From Trichodelitschia bisporula (Eukaryota): a stretch of 64,000 bases of DNA. The notes under the pieces were generated by a model. The model saw only the letters and a list, made by a program, of their open reading frames with translations. It did no database searches and was not told where the DNA came from. Below are positions 39,055-55,307 of this stretch, piece by piece (position 1 is the stretch's first letter; every line of letters begins with the position of its first letter). The position numbers and the translations under genes are program-made. Where the stretch lies: assembly GCA_010356995.1 (NCBI GenBank), contig ML996687.1:745803-809802 (forward strand). Direction: 5' to 3'.

Positions 39055-40478
39055 ATGTCGGAGCGGCCAATCGGTATAGCTCTGCCCCCCTCCAACCGCC
39101 TTTAGCTTTGCGCTCGAGCTAATCACTCTGGGGTAGTTCTCGATGGCGGAACGGGCTTCCTAAAGGCCGGTTACGCCGGCCAGGTACATATACTGTGATG
39201 TTAGCAAGACGGAGACATGCTTATACAGGGCAGAACTTTCCCGACCACCAGTACCCGTCAATTGTAGGGCGACCCATATTGCGGTCCGAGGAGCGCGATG
39301 GGGATATCGTCGTCAAAGATATCATGTGCGGTGACGATGCCGCGGCGGCGCGATCGATGCTGCAGATCACCTACCCCGTATGTGCCTTTCAATCATACCA
39401 ATAATCGGACCACATTGGTTAACAGCGGGTAGATGGAGAATGGCATTGTTAAGCGCTGGGACGACATGCAGCTGCTCTGGGACTACACCTTCTACGAAAA
39501 GATGCGCATCGACCCCACGGGACGCAAAATCCTCCTTACTGAGCCACCGATGAATCCCCTGAGGAACCGCGAACAAATGTGTGAGGTTATGTTCGAACGG
39601 TACGGCTTCGGCGGCGTCTACGTTGCTATCCAGGCCGTGTTGGCGCTCTACGCACAAGGCCTTAGCTCTGGTGTCGTGGTGGACTCGGGCGATGGAGTCA
39701 CCCACATCGTGCCCGTGTATGAATCTACAGTCCTCAACCACCTCACGCGGCGGCTGGACGTAGCTGGCCGACATGTGACGCGCAACTTGATCGCGTTGCT
39801 GTTGCGGCGCGGCTACGCCCTCAATCGTACAGCAGATTTTGAGACGGTGCGTCAGATTAAAGAGAAGCTGTGCTACGTATCCTACGACTTGGAGCTCGAC
39901 CAGCGTCTCAGCGAAGACACGACTGTGCTCGTTGAGTCGTACACTCTGCCGGATGGCCGCGTCATCCGCGTTGGAAGCGAGCGGTTTGAGGCACCTGAAT
40001 GCTTGTTCCAGCCGCACCTGGTGGATGTTGAGCAGCCGGGTATTGCCGAGTTCCTTTTCAACACGATCCAAGCGGCGGATGTCGATGTGCGGAGTAGCTT
40101 GTACAAGGCTATCGTGCTCAGCGGTGGTAGTAGCATGTACCCGGGGCTTCCGAGCCGTATGGAGAAGGAGCTGAAGCAGCTATGGCTCACCCGTGTGCTT
40201 CATGGAAACCCGGAGAGGCTGAATGTCCGTTCTCTTGTGATGCAGATGGCAATGCTGACGAGCTACAGAAATTCAAGGTGCGCATAGAAGATCCTCCTCG
40301 TCGGAGGCACATGGTGTTTCTGGGTGGCGCCGTGCTGGCCAACATCGTAAGTGGGCGTACGCCTCTGGATCCCAGGTCTAACACCGTCTAGATGGCGGAC
40401 AAGCACAACATGTGGATATCGAAGGATGAATGGGAAGAGCAGGGGCCGCGTGCGCTCGAGAAGCTAGGCCCAAGATGA
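39055..40478 (+). CDS. ARP2: Actin-related protein 2
   Basis: [73 protein letters not shown]; multi-exon. Confidence 0.96.
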
Positions 40479-40879
40479 GCGTAGAACACTAAGCACAGCC
40501 ATCGTCACCTTGGTTGGCACAACCTTCGGGACTCAACGTGCTGGGAAGCTGTGGCCTCGCCGTCAAAAAGCTTATGCTCTAGGTTGTCGGCTCCCCGTAG
40601 CTGTTCGAGGTCAATGCTATCGAAAAATTCACCATACATTTTTGCTTGCTTCATGCTGCAGATGCCTAGTATCAATCTTTAGCTTATGCTCCGAACTGAA
40701 TGACGCCACAGCCTGTATATAAATACATTTCAACACGCATACATGCTCTACCTCAGCAAGCAACCACCACTCCAGCACCCTTGGTATCCCAATGCATGTG
40801 CAAGTCAAGTTTAAGTCTCCAACCTCAACCACTAGCCGGCGTCGCTTCGAGTGACACAACTGTTCCCCTGACGGATGAT

Positions 40880-42670
40880 TTAGCTAGAATCATCATCCAC
40901 CCTCGCACGCTTCGAATCCCGCCCCTCTGGCTCCTGCACGCCATACCGCTTCGTCCCTGCCTTGCCGCCCGTCACGTCACTAATCATCTGTCCGATGTTA
41001 AACGGGTCGTCCTCACCGGCCGGCTTCTTGCCGCGTCCGTCATCCTTTTCAAACAGCACCGGACCATCTCGCACCTCGGCATCTGCCGCACCCCGGAAGC
41101 CCTCGAAGCGCTTCGTCTTCTGCAGCCGCTCCACCGTCTCACCTGCGCCCTCACCATCATCGTCGTCCTGTGCCTTTGGTCTGTAGATGGAGCTGAGAGC
41201 ATCCTGCGCGGCAAAGAGCGGCTTGTCGTATGGCTGGTCCTCGTTGAAGCCGGCCGCGAAGCCGCTGGACTGGTTGAAGAGGCGTGAATCGTACATGGAC
41301 TCGCCCGAGGCCGTTGGTTTCGCCAGTCCCAGGGCAATCTTTTCAGAGATGTCACGACCTTGCTCGCGTGCCATGACTTGTACGCGTCGCTCCGCGCCCA
41401 TACGCTGCTGCCGGTATTCGCGCTCGTGTTCGCGCTTGCGTTCGCGGCGGGCACGCTCGCGCTCGCGATAGGCTGCTTCGTCCTCGTCGGATGAGGCGCT
41501 GCGGGAAGAGTTGCTGACACTGCGGCTGCGACTCCGGGATTCACGGTCGCGACGCGTCTTGCCAGCCGCATTATCTTCGCGTGCCTTTTGTGCCAGCATG
41601 CGTAGATGCTCTTCTTTCTGCTGCTTCTCTTTCTCTGCAAGTTTGTGCTGCATGAGGGCGCGCTGCTTGACCTCCTCGCGTGCATGTCTGTCAGCCGTAT
41701 ACAAGGCTTCCGCGAACGAGCTGAACTTGTCATTGATGGTGACGTCCTGCAACCCCCTCCCATCGGCAGCCAACCGTTTATCCAGTGGAACCGTGTAGCC
41801 CTTTGGATTCTTCCAGTTGCTAATGGGCGGCGGAATTTTCCAGGCTTCCTGATCTTCTGCCGTGAGCTTCCGCGGCGGTGAGTGCATCACGGGCGGCGGA
41901 GGGGATGGCGGCCCTCTGGGGATCTTCTTATGCTTGAACTTCGGCGGCTCCATCGGGTCTTGTTGTCGGGAAACGATCTTGACGATACGGTCTTGCTTCT
42001 TCGAGTAGTCTCCCATCTGGTTTTGAGAAGGAGTGTACCGGACGTAGGTTGGGGCTTCGCGCGTGAGGCCTTTGACATTCTTGGGCCTTTGAGCAGCTGC
42101 ATGGAGACTATTAGCATTTCCAGACATTGGAGCATTATATGATGCCAATAACGTACCTACTGCTCCCTGGACCAGCAATGCGAGCGCCGTTTGAGTCTTT
42201 TCCTTCGTTGCCTGCACTTCTTCCTCGGACGGCCGCTCGAGCGAAATCTCGCCGACATCAGCACGTTGCCTTAACGGAATCAAGTCCTTGAAGCTGGAGT
42301 GTATGATGCGGCTATCGCTGTGGCCCCTCCGCGCGATCGCGTCATACTTGACTTTACCCTCGGCATCGACTTGGATGGCGAGCGCGTTGGCCGATGAAGT
42401 CGACTTCCGGCCCATGTCCAACGGGTACTGCGCGACGGCAATCTCGGGAAATGCGCCGCCATCGCCAAAGTCCTCGGGCTCGCGGGGTCGCCATCCTGCT
42501 CGTTGGCCATAGGGTGGTGGGCCCGTTCTCCGGAGTGTGATTTGGGAATCGAGACTGCTTGCGGCGACGATGCGCGGGCCGCGTGAGCGGGTGTGGGCGG
42601 GAAGCTCTTCTTCCTCGTCCGTGTATTTAGGTTTCGGAAGAGCTTTCGAGAGGGAGGCTATGGTGGCCAT
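40880..42670 (-). CDS. PRP45: Pre-mRNA splicing factor Prp45/SKIP (SNW domain)
   Basis: DFGDGGAFPEIAVAQYPLDMG, DPMEPPKFKHKK, SNWKNPKGYTVPLDKRL, RDISEKIALG; 60-nt intron 42097-42156. Confidence 0.96.
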   Translation of the reverse strand: MATIASLSKALPKPKYTDEEEELPAHTRSRGPRIVAASSLDSQITLRRTGPPPYGQRAGWRPREPEDFGDGGAFPEIAVAQYPLDMGRKSTSSANALAIQVDAEGKVKYDAIARRGHSDSRIIHSSFKDLIPLRQRADVGEISLERPSEEEVQATKEKTQTALALLVQGAVGTLLASYNAPMSGNANSLHAAAQRPKNVKGLTREAPTYVRYTPSQNQMGDYSKKQDRIVKIVSRQQDPMEPPKFKHKKIPRGPPSPPPPVMHSPPRKLTAEDQEAWKIPPPISNWKNPKGYTVPLDKRLAADGRGLQDVTINDKFSSFAEALYTADRHAREEVKQRALMQHKLAEKEKQQKEEHLRMLAQKAREDNAAGKTRRDRESRSRSRSVSNSSRSASSDEDEAAYRERERARRERKREHEREYRQQRMGAERRVQVMAREQGRDISEKIALGLAKPTASGESMYDSRLFNQSSGFAAGFNEDQPYDKPLFAAQDALSSIYRPKAQDDDDGEGAGETVERLQKTKRFEGFRGAADAEVRDGPVLFEKDDGRGKKPAGEDDPFNIGQMISDVTGGKAGTKRYGVQEPEGRDSKRARVDDDSS

Positions 42671-42985
42671 GGTTGACGGTTGTGGTGGTTTGTGGTTGAA
42701 GAAGCTCGATGGCTCGAGGCGCGGACACAGGTTATCCATTTGCCTCCAAGTCACGTGACTTTAACCTCATCGGGCCGCGGGCACAAGATATCATTCACCG
42801 TATTCATCGTCCTTCAAAAGGAGAGATGGGACGCAAAAACAAAGGGCGTCTAAGCTTAAGCAGTCGAGTTTCCCGTCAACCGGCATATCTATAGTACATG
42901 ACATCAAACTTCATAACCCGTATTTCTCCAGGAGCACCCCGCCGAAAAGCAAGCGGAGAAAAGTGCAAAGGAATCCTGCTGCCTT

Positions 42986-46536
<3,551 letters not shown>

Positions 46537-46895
46537 TCACACAAAGAGAATACACGCAATTGCTCCACCTAGCACGTGAAAAAGTCCCAATAATCTCCCC
46601 CCTCCTTTTGCCTATCAATTCTCCTCTTTTCACTGTCTTCTTTCTTTAAGAAAAGGGCTTCGGGAGTCTTTGGTCTTGTTATTGTTATCGGCTGAGCGGT
46701 CGCGCCGCTACTTGACAAAAGGGAAGTGGGGGAGGGGATCGGTGCGCGAGTTTGAAGTGCAAGAGAAAGAGAAAGAGAAAGAGGAACGTGTGTGTGAACA
46801 AGTCGCGGAGAGAGAGAAAGGAAAAAATAAAGAGGGGCCCAATCCTGCAAGCGCCAGAAATTGCGGGGGGAACCGTTGCAAGTGTGCAGCCCGCA

Positions 46896-47561
46896 ATGCT
46901 CTGTCACGCACAGCTTCCTGTCGACCAACAGCCTCATGGCGTCAAGCGTCGAAATCCTGACGATCTCGAAGCTGACCCTCAACGCCTAACGAAACGGTTC
47001 AACTTGCTGAACATCGGTTTGTCCCGCTCTCATCTTGCCATTGTCCCGCTCCCCGCTCATCTGCTCCCTCAAGATGCCCACTCACGCTCCTCCAACCCCG
47101 CCAATGCTCCCCGATCTCACGACCACAACGATGAAGAATGGATGGATGTTGAGGACACAAAGCATCGCGTCTTTATCCACGACCTTGACAAGGAGCTCGA
47201 GGAGGAGGTAGAATCCGACTCTGAGCGCCCCATCTTCATCCCCGATATCGAGAAACATCTCAATCGCCTTCCCAAGCATGTATTGGTTGGCGATGATGCC
47301 AAAGCCGCTGCAAAGATGCAAATGGTGCTGTATCGCCTATCACCGTCCTTGACCGTCCCGGAAGAGTACGACAGCGCGCGCAAAGCTATACTTGAAGCCC
47401 GGGCCAGGGCGAGAGATAGGCAAGCTCTCACAATTCCTGGCCCTCCCGCAGGCATGCCGACCGCACGTTTTCCGAACAAGGCACACGGCCACAGCCTGCA
47501 GCACGGCGGTCCCTGGGGGCAGGATCAGGATCCAGATCCGGATGCCATGGATATGGACTAG
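46896..47561 (+). CDS. Hypothetical fungal protein
   Basis: Protein-like motifs GVKRR..QRLTKRFNLLNI, MDVEDTKHRVFIHDLD, QMVLYR..SLTVPEEYDSARKAILEARARAR; possible in-frame intron ~47017-47073. Confidence 0.7.
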   Translation: MLCHAQLPVDQQPHGVKRRNPDDLEADPQRLTKRFNLLNIGLSRSHLAIVPLPAHLLPQDAHSRSSNPANAPRSHDHNDEEWMDVEDTKHRVFIHDLDKELEEEVESDSERPIFIPDIEKHLNRLPKHVLVGDDAKAAAKMQMVLYRLSPSLTVPEEYDSARKAILEARARARDRQALTIPGPPAGMPTARFPNKAHGHSLQHGGPWGQDQDPDPDAMDMD

Positions 47562-48121
47562 TCCGGCCACTTCTCATTCCTTTCGAATCCTGTGCGGAGT
47601 TATGGCAAGGCTTATGTACAGGCTGGAGGCTACTGGAGGGGTTGGGCTTTCATGGCACATGTGCCTTCGGATCTGAGGAGTTAGGGCGTTCGAACGTGTA
47701 CGACCACGGCAATGATGATGTAGAGAATCGTATACATACCAATGGACTACGAGGTCCTTATTTCACCTGAGCACGAGACTCACTCCGGATGCTCTACCAC
47801 AAGTGTGCCCCCATCACAAATGTGAGGCTTCGTGCTCAATAGGATACAAGGTCGGAGCGATGGATTGACCTTAAAATACGTCATCTGCTCTCCAGTCAAG
47901 ATCAAAGAGCAATACTTGCGGAACAATTCAGCTTGCATGGCGATGAAAAACATAATTGCATGGCTCATTTTATCATCCATGTCATACCCATTGAAGGTGA
48001 TAGCCCCCTCCTCATCCCCATGCGTCATGCGATGCCCTCTCTAGACGCCAATGGTAATGCATTCTTACGGTACCTGCCTCGCATTTGAGAAGCAGTACTG
48101 TTCGCGCTACTCCGCCCACCA

Positions 48122-49431
48122 TCAATGCACCATATTCGCAGCATAGAAGTCCTGGACGAGAGTAAGCAAGAGAGGGTGGGTTGCTACGAAACGGGGTCAC
48201 GTACCGCGTGATTCGCCTGGATCATGGTGGCAATGCGCTCCACCTCCTCGGCCAGACTTTGCACATTAGCATCCCACTTGCGCACGTCCAATCCAACCAC
48301 AGCGTCGCCCTGGCCCTTGCTCCGCTCCCCGCTGCCCTCACCACGGAAGAAGATGAAGCGGTCAATTTGGTCGATGTAGCCTGCCAGACGGCCCTGCTCC
48401 ATCATCTGCGCTGCATAGCTCTCGGCGCGGTCGGCATCAATGCCGAGCAATTCGCCTAACTGATCAATTCCAATGTTGGCGTAGAGCTTGGAAACGCCCA
48501 GCAGGTTGTGCTCCAGCACCGCCTTATCCAGCACCGTTGACCCGTCCGATGTGCGTGCAAGCTGATGCGGACGCAGATTCTTCGCAAAGGCAGCGACCTC
48601 AGCTGGCGCCAACAGTCGATCGAGGAACATCTTCTCTAGAATTCCGAACTCTTCCACCTGTGTGGCGCGGTCATCCTTGTACAGGCGCCCCAGCGTGCGG
48701 GCGCGCAGTGGGCCTGCCGGGCCGAGGACGGCACATATGATGGCAGCACTGAGGGCTTGAAGACGCTCGTCCTCGTCAATGTTGGTATCGAAGCTGAAGG
48801 TGTGGTAAGCAGTGCTCGCCTCCAGGAATGAGCGCTCTGAATCGAAGATGCGGGCCTGCGAAAGCTGGAAGTTAAGCTTAACTTCTTTGTCCGTGATGTC
48901 GTGGATTATGTTCTTGATTCGATTGAGACACCCCGTTGCTGATGTCGCATCGTCTTCTTCAAGGTAACAACGCACAATGCGGATCCATATCTTGCCCTTG
49001 TCGTTGACCGATATGGCCCGCTGTGTACTGTCTAGCGTGACGGTTTGAAGTACTTTGGCGGACGCTGAAAATTCCTCCTTCTCCTCAAACGCGTCGGCCA
49101 AAATGAGCTTGATGGAGGTGTCGGGATCCTCGTACGATACCACTTTGGACGCTATGCGTTGGAGCGCATGCTGGCCCACCGCGATCCTGACGTCCGGATC
49201 TTGGATCGTGCGAAATTTCTCAACGAACACTTGGAGGAGCGGCCGAGAGGTGACCAGCCCCACTGAGTCCCCCAGAAGTGAGTCCAGGTAGGCGGTGAGG
49301 TTTGGTACGATGGTATCCGGGCTGGATGTCGAGATGATGCCGTCGAGTAGCTCCGTATATAGAGAGGACTTGGAGGCTGCCGAGGATGATTCCAGTTCTT
49401 CGATGGCAGACCTTATTCGTGGAGTAGCCAT
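48122..49431 (-). CDS. CSN4: COP9 signalosome subunit 4 (PCI domain)
   Basis: CAVLGPAGPLRARTLGRLYKDDR, LEKMFLDRLL, HQLARTSDGSTVLDKAVLEHNLL, GYIDQID; last intron gives C-terminus DFYAANMVH*. Confidence 0.93.
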
Positions 49432-49659
49432 TGCGGTCAGAGACTCTCAGGCTTGAGAACACTCCCAATATGAGTGAAGCCGCTTGTGTGGTAGGAGGTA
49501 GTGATGCCACACCACAGGTTGTCCACACAAGGCGGAGGTTGCGGCGTCTCAGAGCTTCTATCGATAAGGGTGCTTGGCATGTGCAAGGTGGACCTATGGG
49601 GGGCTAACCGGTCTCGGATTAGCGCCCATGAGCCGCCTACGACTAATGTCCCATCCATG

Positions 49660-50540
49660 GCTTGAATTTTAAACGATAATATAATGTACTTCAATGCTCA
49701 ATGAGTCATTAAGGGAACCCGTGTATGAAATGAATGGTTAAAACCAAATAAACCGTTGACCGCTATTACACCGTAGCCACCAGTAAACGCACGATCAACG
49801 GTGATCGCAAAAAAACGCTCAATGAAGGGTTGTAGGCTATAAGCGGTAGTCACCACACAAGCGTACATTCAACAGTGAGAGCAGAAAAGACGTAGCAGAG
49901 CCATATTCTTGCGATTCACGCTATATATACCACTTACGCATACATACAGCTTCCTTGCCTATATCCGCAGCAGCAGCAGCTTCCTTACTATTACGGTCCT
50001 GGCAAGCTTCCCTCGATGCTTTTGTTGATGCGGTTGTGGTATTGATTTTAAAGGAAGAGTAACTGAGAGCTTGATGAGCTTAATGAACTTGATGAGCTTG
50101 AAGAGCTTGAGGGCTTGATGAGCTTGATGAGCTTGATGAGCTTGAAGTGAATGACTTGACGATGAAGGAGAGAGAGCGAGAGCTCTGAGACCAACCTATG
50201 TATGATGTAGGATCACGCCATCGCTGTCTGAGTTACCTAAGCTGCTGCTGTAACGGCAGGCACAACAATCTACGTACCTAAACGGTCGATAAACGCTTCG
50301 CAACGGCTGGCATAACGATCTACATACCTAAACTGTTAATAAACGCTTCTAACGGTGAACAACCGTGCATACAATGTTTCTGCTGCAGCACGTTCAAGTC
50401 ATTTAAACGTTCTGCTAAGATACCATAGATACATAGATTTTTAATTTAACAGTACAATCTCAGCCACGTTGCTCAAAAGTAACCGTTAACTTAATATACA
50501 CATGGATACATATTTAAGTAAGAAAAACTAATGCTCAACC
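49660..50540. mobile_element. AT-rich degenerate repeat/transposon relic
   Basis: Visibly more AT-rich than flanks, no ORFs, recurring AACGG/CCGTT motifs, a ~50-bp direct repeat diverged mostly by transitions, and an internal 9-mer array. Confidence 0.4.
50066..50147. repeat. Tandem 9-bp repeat (CTTGATGAG)n, ~8-9 copies
   Basis: Read directly; variants CTTAATGAA and CTTGAAGAG. Confidence 0.9.
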
Positions 50541-50809
50541 GTACCACAGAGGGGGGCTCTCCGCGAAGGTGAGCCTCACTTTGTTCACTTCTCCGCATTC
50601 TGCAAACAGCCATTCTTCGCTCTACGTACATAGTACTTCCACATCCCCCTCCATTTATGCGTTCTATCCCCTTTCGATCTCACGCCGACTCGCGCCCTCA
50701 CACCGCGTCTGCGCACCCTACCTCTACTTCCGCTCCGGACTCGGCCACGCTGTCGTCATTCCTCACAGCTTCTAGCGCCAGACACCCCTTCAATCCTACG
50801 TCGCGCAAT

Positions 50810-52082
50810 ATGGCGTCAACCTCGAACGGCTACAAAATGGAGGAAGACACGAAAGTGAAGATGGAACCCAATACCGATGGGACTCCTTTTGTCTTGCAAG
50901 ATGGTGAAGATGAGGACACCGGTGAGATGATCATCCGCCCGAACGTGCCGCAGGGCTGGCTGGTACGCGTACCTAAGGATCTCTGGACTGGCTTGTCGGA
51001 ACTTAAGGACGACGAAGAAATCGAAATTGGTAAATTGAAAGTGTGGCAAATGCCGTCGGGGGAGCAGAAGGTGGGCTGCCATTGATCTTGATGAGAGGTA
51101 TTAACTCCGAAACAGCTGCGCTTGGAGATGAAGAAAGACATCAAGGGTTGGGATCTGATACCTAAAGAGTACGATATGAATGTCACGAACCAAAAAACCA
51201 GGAACATGTTCGTCTTCTCAGAAAAGAACATGACCGGCTATCGGCCACACGTCTTTGGACGCGGTCGGCAAGATCGGCAGAGAGCACAAGGCTCTTCGAA
51301 AGGCGTGGATTCGAAAGGTGGCCCGGTGAAAGTGGACAAAACACGCGGAAAAGGCCGAAGCATTCCCAGTACGCACACCGTGCTATAGTCATGCTATGAG
51401 TGACTAACAGTCGTAGAACACACCGAGCTCGCCGCCATGCCAAACCATGAGGCTCATTGCACTCCGCGAGACACCGAAGAGTACAGGCAAATACAGGCCA
51501 AGAAGGCGGCAATCGAGAAGGAGAAGAAGGCCGAGTTGCGGCTGGCTGTTGACATGTCTGCCAGCAAATTGCACAACACCGGCATGGGCATCGGCTCTAA
51601 CTTCGATACCTTCATCGTATGTACCCTCGGCTTAGCTCTGCTACTTATGCTGACCTCTGCAGAAAACTGGCGCGGAAAAGAAGGCGCGTCCGCAAGAAAA
51701 CAAAGCGGCGCGCATCCCTAAGGAAGACCTCATCGACTTGCTGGCGCAGAAGTTCCAGGAATTCAAGTTCTGGGGGTTGAAGGAGCTTAAGCATGCTACG
51801 CGACAACCAGAAGCCTATCTGCGTGAGGTTCTTAGTGAGATTGCCGTGATGGTAAAGACGGGGCCGGCAGCGAACACATGGACGTTGAGACCCCTGAATG
51901 CGGAGCAGGTGGAGCTGGCTAAACACTTGCGCAACGAGCCATTAGAAGCGTTCAAGACCGAGGATATGCCGCATGTCAAGCAGGAAGAGATTGCACCATA
52001 TGTGGAGGGTAGTGGAGGCATGAGCACGGCGGACAATTCGGACGACGAAGACGATGACGACGAGATGGAGGATGTGGTATAA
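50810..52082 (+). CDS. TFG2: Transcription initiation factor TFIIF beta subunit (RAP30)
   Basis: WLVRVPK, IPKEYDM..NMFVFSEK, KAARIPKEDLIDLL..FKFWGLKELKHATRQPEAYLREVL..WTLRP; three introns. Confidence 0.9.
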
Positions 52083-53822
52083 CAACCTGTACGAATACCG
52101 GATGTAAGAAGAAGGGCGTGCGGTTGTGCTTTTGCAGAATGGGTGGTTTGCTGTTTAACTCTACCACAGGACGAAGGGTGGTGGGGTTTGATGATGAGCG
52201 AATGGAGGTGGCGCCTTGGCCCACGCCTCACTGGCGGGGAGTGCGGGGGTGGTGAGGGCTTCAAAGGTTGGGGAAGGGGCATGCTTTTGGGCTGTGTGGC
52301 TGTGGCGGGGCACTGCCTTATGTACGACGTGCCCAAAAGGCACTCCGATCTCCGCCTGTCATGAATGACATGACGCAGTTACGCAGGGCCTGTGTTTCAT
52401 GGCACAAGGCTACCCAGCATGAAATAGGGACAGATAAATTGGGACGGGGGAGACGGAGGAGGAGACGGGGTGCATAGCACATAATATAAACCTTTCCGAT
52501 AAGCAAAGACAGAAGGGAGGAATTGATGTGCTCTGATAGAGTAGGATAAGGAAAGCGTAGATGAGGCGTGTTGCCAAGGATTGCAGATGTATATGATACT
52601 GTACACACTCAACAGAGAGAGAGGATACAGTATGTAGGTGTGCGTATACGAGTATGTGAGGAAGGGAGCAGGAGGGAAAGAGAGTGAGAACGTGTTAAGC
52701 AGTCGAGTGTGAAGGTGTAAAGCGTGCGAGCGTTAGAGAAAGAAGTCATGTTTTAGCAGCTTTCTTGAGGAGCGTAGGTTGAGCATAAGCTACAGTGTTT
52801 CAAGTCTCTTCTCTGCCTCTTTCCCGCTGACAATTACACCTCCTCTTCCTCCTCTGCGTAGTATGCAATCTTATCTCTATGCAAAGCCATCCTAGTGGAG
52901 TGTCTCCTTCTATCTAGTCTCTTTACTCTCTTCCTCTCCCTCTCCCTCTCCACCTATCTCTCTGCTGCTCCTTACACGCTGAGCTCCATTACTTCTCTTC
53001 CCCTCTCGTGCTCTCTCTTTCTTTCTCTCTTTCTCTCTTTCTCTCTGAATCTCTGAACCTCTAAATCTTCTCCCACCCGCCAGCTGGCTTTGGTTGTTTC
53101 GATATCATACACCAAAGCTTGTCGAATCACTTGATCCCTCTTGCTCTCCAGACGCATCCTCTATCATCTGTTTTCGTCCGTCTTCCTCTACGGGTATCCG
53201 TCATCCATCGCCATCTCCAGAAAATAATCCGTCAAACCCTCTGATATCACCACCATACTACTGCTTCCCACCGCCTTCACCTCCGCCTCAGCGCCCCTCT
53301 CCCCCCATTCATTCACCCACTGCGTCAGCCCTTTCACCCACGCAAGCACGTCCCTCCTCCCACCATCCACCCCTACCCACCCCTACCCACCCCACCCTCC
53401 TCCCTTCACTTCCGATCCTCTCCACCTACCAAAACACCGCTCACCACTCAGAAACTCTCCACCTGCCCCCCCCCCCCCACACGGTTGCATCTTGCCTTCC
53501 GACACTCTGCAAGCCACTCACTTCCCCCTCTCCCCCCAGAAAAGACTCCAACTCCAAAAAAAACACGCCCCCCACTCCCATTTGCGTCACTCAAACACTT
53601 TCGCCAACTATGGACGGGAATTGAAACTCCTCCATAATCGCCTTTTCATCTTTTCGAAGACTTGTTTGCACTTCGCTTTAGCATGGGACTTGCGCGCATC
53701 GCCCCGAAGCCCGCCCACCACCAGTCCACTCCGCCGTGTCCGCTGCCTCCGCAGTCGCCGCCGAGTGTCTGCTCACAGACGGTGTTGCAACATCATCACA
53801 AGCCCTCGTTGCTCCTGCGCGT

Positions 53823-55307
53823 ATGGATACTCCCATGACTGACGCTATGAACGTCCCCCGAGCTTCTCCTGCGGCGTCCGCCCGCTCGGCGGCGTTATCG
53901 CAGCATCAACAAGCACACAACTCTCAGCAGCAGGAGCACCACCCCCCACACTCTCACAATACATCTTCGCAACGACCGACATTTGTTCATCCTGCCGCAG
54001 CGGGCCTAGTGCCACCCTCTACACAATCCTCTCAACGTCGTCCTCCCCCGAGCCCGCGATTCCAGCCGCAATCTGCATATCAAACACCCACCGCCACCCC
54101 TTCCGTAATCACATCGAATCTGCGCGCACAGCCTTCGTCGCATTTCACCCAGCAATCGCACGTCCTGCCTTCATCGACTTCGGTCCCTTCCTCTGTACAC
54201 AACTCGCCCGACCGTTCGGCCTATGCACCTACAGCTTCCTCCATCTCATCTCCTGCTCGTATCAAAGTTCGCAGCTTATCGCACATTCAGAGCTTCGTTT
54301 TCGATGATAATAGCCCACTCTCACGGTCTGTCACTCGGATCCCGGGAGGTGATGTCGCTCCACAATATGAGATATCGGACATGCCTGTTACTGACATCAT
54401 CGAAATGGTGGCGGGACTGTTGACGAAGATTACAACAACGAACGACCGGCAACATGAACACCTTCACAAGCACATTCCACCACCCGAAGGCACCGCGGGT
54501 CTCAGCCAGCAGACAACGAGTGTTCTGGCGTTTCATGGCAAAAATGTCCCGAGCATTTCCATTCTCAGTTATCTCAGCCGCATCCACAAGTACTGCCCAA
54601 CCACATATGAGGTTTTCCTAAGCCTGTTGGTGTATTTTGACCGTATGACGGAGCGCGTCAATTCTGGACCACTGGAGAGTCTACGCCAGGCCAGCCAACA
54701 GTCCCTAGAACGACATGCCTCGACGAGCGATGGAAGTCGGCACAGCTCTGTTTCTTCCGCCACACTCGGTCATCATAGCTCTCCTCTGGCTATTACTAGC
54801 GCGCACGCTACCACGCCTCCTCCATCAGGTTCATTGGGAAAGCCGGCGGAGCCGTCAGCTGGAACTCGAGAACTGCATCCCCCATCCCCTCCGATACCTG
54901 AGACGCCGTTGGATCCCGATGGTTACAACTTGTCGCATTTCTTCGTCGTAGACAGCTTCAATATCCACCGGCTCGTTATCGCTGGAGTTACATGTGCCAG
55001 CAAGTTCTTTTCAGACATCTTTTACACTAACTCGCGATACGCCAAGGTAGGTTCACCTTTCGACGGACCTGAATCGGTATGCTAATGCTAGTTTTCGCAG
55101 GTTGGTGGTCTCCCACTTCCTGAACTCAATCATCTGGAGCTCCAGTTCCTGCTGCTGAATGACTTTCGCCTTGCGGTCCCCCTTGAGGAAATGGAGGCAT
55201 ACGGAACAATGCTCGTTGAGTTCTATGCCAGGGAGGTTCTGGCCAATCAACATGTCATGCAGCCAGCGCATTCAACCGGCGGTGGCCAACCTTCCGTCGT
55301 GTCATGA
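53823..55307 (+). CDS. Pho85-type cyclin (Pcl6/7/Pho80 family)
   Basis: FHGKNVPSISILSYLSRIHKYCP, NIHRLVIAGVTCASKFFSDIFYTNSRYAKVGGLPLPELNHLELQFL; intron 55047-55100. Confidence 0.9.
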
